Source of the DNA: Candidatus Hermodarchaeota archaeon
GTDB lineage: Archaea; Asgardarchaeota; Lokiarchaeia; Sigyniarchaeales; SOKP01
Reading direction: 5' to 3'
Length of the DNA: 12,028 bases
NCBI GenBank assembly: GCA_048885535.1
Contig: JBHLLO010000083.1
Coordinates: 1-12,028 of the forward strand
The notes below the pieces were generated by a model. The model searched no databases. It saw nothing but the letters and a program-made list of their open reading frames with translations, and was not told the origin of the DNA. Made by a program: the position numbers and the translations under genes. This document shows, in pieces, positions 1 through 5,808 of the stretch; positions within the stretch are counted from its first letter, which is position 1; the number at the start of each line of letters is the position of its first letter.

Positions 1-726
1 GCTACTACTTGTTCAGCTGATGTTCCAAGAGATCAAATTGAAAGCGCAGAAAAGTTTTATTATGAGGCAGATTATTGTTTAGTATCAATAGGAAGAGCTA
101 GAGAATCTAAAAATCTAGGACTTGAAAACTTTGGAATTCAAACCGAAAGAGGGGCGATTAAAATTGATAGTAAAACTACCGAAACGACAGCAAAGGGAAT
201 ATATGCAATTGGAGATGTTGCGGCTTCAGGGGCTCCAATGTTGGCTCATGTAGCCAGTTATATGGGAGATGTGGCAGTTGCAAACGCTTTATCGAGTATT
301 GGTAACTTTCCAGTTAAAGCAAAGACAACTGATTATATTGTGATTCCAGCTACCATATTTACTAATCCTAATATCGGTTCTGTAGGGTTAAGAAGAACCC
401 AAGCAAAAGATCTGGGAATAGATGTAGCAATGGGTAGATTCCCATATATGTCATTAGGAAAGGCTAAGTGTATGTCTGAGGAAGACGGTTTCCTTATGAT
501 ATTAGCTGATAAGAAGAGCCATAAGATAATTGGAGCATCCTGTATTGGAACCGAAGCTCCTGAATTAATTGCTTCAGTTGCTGTAGCTATGCAACATGGT
601 TTAACCACCCATGATTTAGCAGAAACAATTTGGTCTCATCCAACCATATCAGAAATGGTTTTAGAAGCTGCTGAAGATGTATTTGGGATGGCAATTCATA
701 AGAAAGGAAGACCAGTTTTTCATTAA
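1..726 (+). CDS. lpdA: Dihydrolipoamide dehydrogenase (E3), 5'-truncated by the window edge
   Basis: Frame 1 is open from base 1 (ATTCSADVPRD...CLVSIGR...GIYAIGDVAASGAPMLAHVA), so the ATG at 238 is internal. Shows the IYAIGD FAD-binding motif, 'MLAHVA', 'IPATIFTNP' and the C-terminal catalytic HPTISE motif typical of class I pyridine nucleotide-disulfide oxidoreductases/LpdA. Confidence 0.9.
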   Translation, partial: ATTCSADVPRDQIESAEKFYYEADYCLVSIGRARESKNLGLENFGIQTERGAIKIDSKTTETTAKGIYAIGDVAASGAPMLAHVASYMGDVAVANALSSIGNFPVKAKTTDYIVIPATIFTNPNIGSVGLRRTQAKDLGIDVAMGRFPYMSLGKAKCMSEEDGFLMILADKKSHKIIGASCIGTEAPELIASVAVAMQHGLTTHDLAETIWSHPTISEMVLEAAEDVFGMAIHKKGRPVFH

Positions 727-739
727 GAACTTCATTTAA

Positions 740-2845
740 TTAACGCCTTATAAAATTAACTTTGAAGGAAGAAAGTTTATTTTTTCTTATTTCTATTTCA
801 CGATAACCTCCGACTAATTTTGGATTATGATAACCTCCTAATCCTAAAGCAGGAGTTTGTACGACAAAAGGGGCATGCAATGTTATGTCTTTAGCATTGG
901 TATATAGCTCTGAATATAAATCATAGAATACAGCAGCAGGATTTTCTAATTTTTTCAAACTAAAAGGGGGAGCTATAAATACCTTCGATTTCTTACCTTT
1001 AGGATCTCCTAATCTAAATTCCTTTAACTCATGCGTGTGACCAGAAAGTGTTAAAATACTATGTTCCTTGCAAAATTCAATCAATTTTTCCCAATTAGAA
1101 GAGATGGTACCGAATTTTACATCAAATTTACCATCTATTCTAGCAGTAGACAACTTTTTGCCTAGATTCCTTAATACTGTTTCTTTAAATTCATCTACTT
1201 TATCTAAAAATTCCTGAAATAAATCTTTTTTACCCAATTTCTTAAAAATACCGACTGTTTTCCTAGGATTAATCGGTGGTCCATGAAGAAATAAATACAA
1301 TTGATCTTCTTTATTCTTTTTAATGTTAATTATATTTTCTAAATACTTAATCTGTCGATTAGAGAGTCCCGTTACTGAAGGATGTCCCATTAGGAAATCT
1401 CTAATATTTTTATATGAATCAGAACCAGAATTTAAAAAAATTAAAAGGTGTCTACCAAATCTAATTGAATAGTCTAATGATGAATTTATTTCTAATAAAT
1501 ACCCTTTCAATGCCATAAAGCTTTTAGTGATTGAGCTTATCGGATTTACTAATAATCTTTCATTTAAAGCTAACGCTTCATTTGCATTTAAACCAAGTTT
1601 CTTATATAAAGTACCCCACCTAAAGTCATAATGAAACGGACGATAATCATGATTTCCAGGAATAGTGAAAATAGGACATATTAACTCCTGTCCTTTAATT
1701 ACACCTCTCCTTTTTTTTTGAGATGAATTCAAAAGTATATCTTTAAACGTCTTCCAATTACTATATTCAAATTCAAAATTAAGAGTTTTTCTTGCATCTT
1801 TGGGTAATTCTGAGAATACAGTAAAATCCACAATATCTCCAGTTATAACAATAAAATCTAATTTATTGTCTAATACTTTTTTGTTCATTTGTTTTATAAA
1901 TTTCCGGAAATTATTATTTGGATTAATGAAACGTCGAACTAATGGTTTAATTACTAAAGGTTTAGAAGCTTCTTTTTTCTTGAATAATCGTTCGAAAAAT
2001 GAAAGTGTTTTTACACTTTGTTGAGCAATCTCAGCTAATTTTTCATTTTTAAATATTGCAGTCCAATTCTTTACAATACTATAAATATTATCATTGCGTT
2101 CTGCTAAATGCAAATCTGTCGCATGAACAAATTGGAAGTCTTTCCATTTATTTTTAGAAATTACGAATGAATGATGATTAATTTGCCTCTTTTCATGGCT
2201 CGGTTCATGAATAAAATCAAACATAACAAATGTGCGATACTGGAGGAATTCTAAAACTTCATCACTTAGAGAAAAGTTGATTTTTACTTTATGATAAAAA
2301 TTTAGATTATCAAAGATATTGTGCTTTATAAGATAAGATTGAGGACTACAATAATTGTCATACTCTGGGTTATCTATAGACGTTGGAGAGACTATTTCAG
2401 TATGCATTAAAATAACATCGATTGGATCTCCTCGAAAAACACGATGTTTTAATTTATCAATTTTCTTCTTTTCTACAAAATCAAATTTTTCTCCTTGCGA
2501 ATCAATAAGTTCATAACCTTCAGTTGACTTCTTTACTCTTTCTTTTTTAAATTTACGAAATAATTTTTCTTTCAATCTATTCCAAAAACCTTTCTTTTCT
2601 TCTCTTTCAGCCTTCTTGAGTCGTTTTAGTCTTTCTTGTTCAAGAATTTTCTTCAATTTCCATTTATATTCAAGGATTGGAACAAGGGTTATTTTATGTC
2701 TTAAATATTTTTCAAACACGTTTGAGTCAGAGATATTACTAACAAATAAAATATCTGTTTCAAACTCTTTCTTTTTTAATCGACGACCAATCCTTAAAAA
2801 TAAAGGATGTCCTAAATTAGGATTAATTAATCGAGCTTGTTCCAC
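740..2845 (-). CDS. Large calcineurin-like metallophosphoesterase with N-terminal extension and insertions
   Basis: All five MPE motifs appear in order: HATDLH (D244/H246), ITGDIVD (G336-D340), PGNHD (396-400), LFLHGPP (H521), SGHTH (601-605). GTG start; about 235-aa basic N-terminal region of unknown function. Substrate cannot be assigned. Confidence 0.85.
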   Translation of the reverse strand: MEQARLINPNLGHPLFLRIGRRLKKKEFETDILFVSNISDSNVFEKYLRHKITLVPILEYKWKLKKILEQERLKRLKKAEREEKKGFWNRLKEKLFRKFKKERVKKSTEGYELIDSQGEKFDFVEKKKIDKLKHRVFRGDPIDVILMHTEIVSPTSIDNPEYDNYCSPQSYLIKHNIFDNLNFYHKVKINFSLSDEVLEFLQYRTFVMFDFIHEPSHEKRQINHHSFVISKNKWKDFQFVHATDLHLAERNDNIYSIVKNWTAIFKNEKLAEIAQQSVKTLSFFERLFKKKEASKPLVIKPLVRRFINPNNNFRKFIKQMNKKVLDNKLDFIVITGDIVDFTVFSELPKDARKTLNFEFEYSNWKTFKDILLNSSQKKRRGVIKGQELICPIFTIPGNHDYRPFHYDFRWGTLYKKLGLNANEALALNERLLVNPISSITKSFMALKGYLLEINSSLDYSIRFGRHLLIFLNSGSDSYKNIRDFLMGHPSVTGLSNRQIKYLENIINIKKNKEDQLYLFLHGPPINPRKTVGIFKKLGKKDLFQEFLDKVDEFKETVLRNLGKKLSTARIDGKFDVKFGTISSNWEKLIEFCKEHSILTLSGHTHELKEFRLGDPKGKKSKVFIAPPFSLKKLENPAAVFYDLYSELYTNAKDITLHAPFVVQTPALGLGGYHNPKLVGGYREIEIRKNKLSSFKVNFIRR

Positions 2846-3061
2846 GCTGTTCCATCTAATAAATGTTAATTTTTAATATTTTTTTTTTAAGCAAGTTTCA
2901 TGAGAGAGTTAAATAATAACCCTCTTAATATTAAAATTCTAATGATTTAAAAAATTTTAATTTTAACCTATTTCATTCTGAAAGTTAAAGATGTATCTTA
3001 ATAAAATAGAAAATATTAGGAGTATCCTTTTAATATAAAACCCGCTATTCAGATTAACTTA

Positions 3062-3328
3062 TTATTCAGAATAATCAGCTAGATTCACGAATATTACATT
3101 ATCGCCACGAACAACGATGCTTCCTAGATCCTCGTGCTCCTCTCGAATGTTACCATCTTCATCTTGATATTCGAAAATCTGACTTGTTCCTTCAAGATAT
3201 AAGTTCAAATGTTCATCAAAACCAGCTAACGATCCACGAAATAAACGATTACGTTTCACTTTTATGAGAATTACTTTATTCATTGAATTTTTCAAATAGT
3301 CAATAGGTCTATTTGGTTTTCTTTCCAT
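3062..3328 (-). CDS. Sm-like archaeal protein (SmAP1/Lsm family), 88 aa
   Basis: N-terminal helix RPIDYL, Sm1 motif FRGSLAGFDEHLNLYL, Sm2 motif IVVRGDNVIFV. The likely start is the ATG at 3328 (MERKPNRP...), not the TTG at 3430 in the ORF track, whose extra 34 codons look like AT-rich intergenic sequence. Confidence 0.93.
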   Translation of the reverse strand: MERKPNRPIDYLKNSMNKVILIKVKRNRLFRGSLAGFDEHLNLYLEGTSQIFEYQDEDGNIREEHEDLGSIVVRGDNVIFVNLADYSE

Positions 3329-3510
3329 ATTTAATAACTCAAAAAAAATATTTAAAAAATCTACTAATAATATATGAAATATTAAAAGTGAATTAAAACC
3401 TTTGTATTTCGGTCTTTTTAAAGTAGTCAAGAAACTTTTCTAGTTAAAAAAATAAAAGTTAAAAATAGTAAAATACGCTTTTGTCATCATATCTATATTT
3501 TTATTTGATT

Positions 3511-3525
3511 AAATTTTAATATAAT
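3511..3525 (+). promoter_or_regulatory. Putative archaeal TATA box for the tRNA gene
   Basis: TTTAATATA at 3515-3523 lies about 23-31 nt upstream of the mature tRNA 5' end. The very AT-rich context makes this weak. Confidence 0.35.
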
Positions 3526-3584
3526 AGTAAGAATAAGAATAATTAAGGCCCGTGGCGAAGCATGGATATCGCGGCAGCCTCCTA

Positions 3585-3601
3585 ATTATCCTTGTGGAGA
3601 C
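3585..3601 (+). other. tRNA intron 1, canonical position 37/38, 17 nt, relaxed BHB
   Basis: Central helix CTCC 3579-3582 / GGAG 3596-3599; bulges TA|A (3583-3585) and AC|A (3600-3602); exon-side helix is the anticodon stem. The intron-side helix is poorly paired (T-T, T-G, A-T). Confidence 0.9.
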
Positions 3602-3622
3602 AGCTGACGGACGGGGGTTCAA

Positions 3623-3654
3623 ATCAACAAGTTCGTTCAATTTGTTGAGAACAC
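3623..3654 (+). other. tRNA intron 2, non-canonical T-loop position 58/59, 32 nt, strict BHB
   Basis: Central helix GTTC 3617-3620 / GAAC 3649-3652; bulges AA|A (3621-3623) and AC|A (3653-3655); perfect 7-bp intron helix TCAACAA 3624-3630 / TTGTTGA 3642-3648; exon-side helix GGGG 3613-3616 / TCCC 3656-3659. Confidence 0.92.
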
Positions 3655-3670
3655 ATCCCCCCGGGCCTGC

Positions 3671-3710
3671 TATTATTTATTTTAAAACTTTTTAAGTTAT
3701 TATTTTTTTA
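3671..3710 (+). terminator. Putative oligo-T terminator after the tRNA
   Basis: Several T runs (TTTATTTT, TTTTT, TTTTTTT) immediately follow the discriminator; archaeal intrinsic termination uses oligo-T tracts. Confidence 0.35.
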
Positions 3711-3718
3711 TCAATTTA

Positions 3719-5683
3719 ATGAAAAAGAAGTATGTTACTACCCTTTCTTATTTAAAAGTCGGTATAAGACCATTATTACCGAATTTTATTAGAAAAATCT
3801 TCTTAATTGTTAACCCTCATGGAGTTTTACCTATAGTTAAGCTTTTGGCATTACTTTTTAGAACTGGTTTTCCTAAATTCGGTGTTAAACGGTACCCAGA
3901 ATATATGTTAATTTTAAAGGATGGAACAAAATTAGCTACTGATGTTTATGTACCTAAAATAGTTTTAAAGAAAAAAAGGAAATGTCCCACAATTTTAATA
4001 CGCTTACCATATTGGAAAGATAATTTTAGTGTTCTTGGATACGCTTATGCAGCATATGGATTTGTGACCATTTTGCAAGATATAAGAGGGACGGGTCATT
4101 CAGAGGGCTTTAATTATTATTTATTTACTGAAAGAGAAGATGGATTAGAAACACTTGAATGGATTTCTAAGCAATATTGGTATAATGGTAAGATTGGAAT
4201 GATTGGAGCAAGTTACTTCGGTATTACTCAATTAGCGTTGTCATGGGATAATAAGTATTTAACTTGTATAGCACCAGCAATTACTTCAACTTTAAACCTC
4301 TGGAAAAACAATGGAGGGCTTCAAATACATGAGCTTACAAATTCAATTTATAGAATTATGGTCAATATAGTATCCCATCGAGATGCTCCTAGGGTCGATA
4401 AATTAACAAATTTAATGCAAGAAAGATATTTGAATCCAAGATATGCATTATTCAGTGATTCAACTAGAAAAAGAAGAAAAATTACATTATCTCAATTAAA
4501 AGGGAAATCAATCAACGAAATTCAGGATCTTTTAATAAAATACTATGATGTCAAAAATTTTAATCCCTCAAAGCGAAATTTAAAAACTTACTTTACATTT
4601 CTGAACGATTTCTTAATAACACGTGGTCTGGACAAGGATACAGAAAAAATGACAGGTTTTTTAAACATGGATGTAAAAAAGTTTTCACAACCTGCCTTAA
4701 TGTTAACAGGATGGCAAGATATGTTTTTTGAGAAACAGTTAATAGACTTTTTGGAAATTAAGGCTAACGCTACAGGCTTAGCAAAGGAATATACAAAATT
4801 AATAATTGGTTCTTGGGGTCATGCAGCATCTGGTCATCCAGAAAGTCGATTAAACAATGCAGGAATTCTGAAGTTCTTTAAAGAATTTCTATGTCTTGGT
4901 TGGAATAAATATTGGTTAATGGATGATGAAAAAGCATTTCCTGAAATCGATAAACCATCTATTAAATACTGGGTTATGGGAAAAAATATTTGGAAATATA
5001 CTGAAAGATGGCCTCCTGACGGGGTAAAATATCAAAAAATCTATATACATTCCCAAGGACATGCAAATAGTGTAAAAGGAAATGGTTTTTTAAGCTTTGA
5101 TAAACCAAATGAAGAACCCGAAGATCAATACATATTCGATCCTTTAGATCCTGTAATTACAAAAGGAGGGAGAAATCTGGGAATACGAAAGGGTTCTCGA
5201 AATCAAAAGGATGCTGAAAAAAGAGATGATGTCCTGATTTACACTTCAAAATCTTTAGACCATGGTCTTGAAATTACAGGACAGGTTAAGATAATATTAT
5301 ACGCCTCTACTTCTGCAAAAGATACAGATTTCATGGTAAAGCTAGTTGATGTTTATCCACGAGGAAGAGCAATTAACATTTTAGATGCTGGTGTTAGAGC
5401 AATGTACAGAAATGGCGAAGATAATCCTTCCTTAATTGAACCTAGTAAAATATATAGGTATGAGATCAATTTAGGAAACATTTCAAATTATTTTAGAAAA
5501 AGACATCGAATAAGAATAGAAATTACTTCTAGTAATTTTCCTAGATTCGATATTAATTCTAATCTTGGAGGAGACACTCATCTTGGAGAGTACATTGTTG
5601 CAAACCAAAAAATTTATCACAATCAGACATATCCAAGTCATCTTATAATACCTACTGTTCCTGAAAAGTCAGAGAAACCTTAA
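3719..5683 (+). CDS. CocE/NonD family serine hydrolase (peptidase S15-like alpha/beta hydrolase with C-terminal jelly-roll domain)
   Basis: 'DGTKLATDVYVP', 'PTILIRLPY', 'QDIRGTGHSEG', nucleophile motif 'IGMIGASYFG', acid 'TGWQD', His 'IIGSWGH', and C-terminal 'DTDFMVKLVDVYP' and 'IRIEITSSNFPRFDIN', all typical of CocE/NonD. Confidence 0.93.
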   Translation: MKKKYVTTLSYLKVGIRPLLPNFIRKIFLIVNPHGVLPIVKLLALLFRTGFPKFGVKRYPEYMLILKDGTKLATDVYVPKIVLKKKRKCPTILIRLPYWKDNFSVLGYAYAAYGFVTILQDIRGTGHSEGFNYYLFTEREDGLETLEWISKQYWYNGKIGMIGASYFGITQLALSWDNKYLTCIAPAITSTLNLWKNNGGLQIHELTNSIYRIMVNIVSHRDAPRVDKLTNLMQERYLNPRYALFSDSTRKRRKITLSQLKGKSINEIQDLLIKYYDVKNFNPSKRNLKTYFTFLNDFLITRGLDKDTEKMTGFLNMDVKKFSQPALMLTGWQDMFFEKQLIDFLEIKANATGLAKEYTKLIIGSWGHAASGHPESRLNNAGILKFFKEFLCLGWNKYWLMDDEKAFPEIDKPSIKYWVMGKNIWKYTERWPPDGVKYQKIYIHSQGHANSVKGNGFLSFDKPNEEPEDQYIFDPLDPVITKGGRNLGIRKGSRNQKDAEKRDDVLIYTSKSLDHGLEITGQVKIILYASTSAKDTDFMVKLVDVYPRGRAINILDAGVRAMYRNGEDNPSLIEPSKIYRYEINLGNISNYFRKRHRIRIEITSSNFPRFDINSNLGGDTHLGEYIVANQKIYHNQTYPSHLIIPTVPEKSEKP

Positions 5684-5808
5684 TTTTATTCTTAGGTAAA
5701 GAATCTTATTTATCGTTAGGTTTCTATGTACATATCGCTTCCTATTTTTAAAATAGATAAGTTATAAATAAAATTGGAACACAAATATATAATGCCAAAT
5801 TAAGAGAG

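Larger units (their letters stand above)
3546..3669 (+). tRNA. tRNA-Arg(CCT) precursor with two introns (37/38 and 58/59); CCA not encoded
   Basis: Hand-folded. Acceptor AGGCCCG 3546-3552 / CGGGCCT 3662-3668, discriminator G3669. D-stem GCGA/TCGC with loop AGCATGGATA (G18G19, Arg identity A20). Anticodon stem GCAGC/GCTGA, anticodon CCT 3581-3583. Variable CGGAC. T-stem GGGGG 3613-3617 / CCCCC 3657-3661. Removing 3585-3601 and 3623-3654 gives a 75-nt cloverleaf with anticodon loop CTCCTAA and T-loop TTCAAAT. Confidence 0.95.

Noticed and set aside
333-608. 91-aa minus-strand ORF
   Set aside because: Antisense shadow inside lpdA, with no recognisable motif.
1800-2024. 74-aa plus-strand ORF
   Set aside because: Antisense shadow of the metallophosphoesterase.
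2616-2876. 86-aa plus-strand ORF
   Set aside because: Antisense to the 5' part of the metallophosphoesterase; its Phe/Ser/Leu bias mirrors Lys/Glu codons on the coding strand.
2846-3061. Possible rpl37e gene downstream of Sm
   Set aside because: No Cys/Arg-rich zinc-finger ORF is visible on the minus strand; the region looks non-coding.
3329-3430. 34-aa hydrophobic N-terminal extension of the Sm protein from the TTG start (would suggest a membrane-anchored Sm)
   Set aside because: The ATG at 3328 gives a normal-length SmAP with the expected N-terminal helix; the extension is what T-rich intergenic DNA translates to.
3624-3648. Inverted repeat as a terminator or MITE/integration scar in the tRNA
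   Set aside because: Fully explained as the intron-side helix of a strict BHB; no integrase and no duplicated tRNA 3' end is seen in the window.
5673-5725. 8-bp inverted repeat AGAAACCT...AGGTTTCT upstream of aor
   Set aside because: Long unpaired spacer and one arm inside the cocE coding end; compatible with chance.
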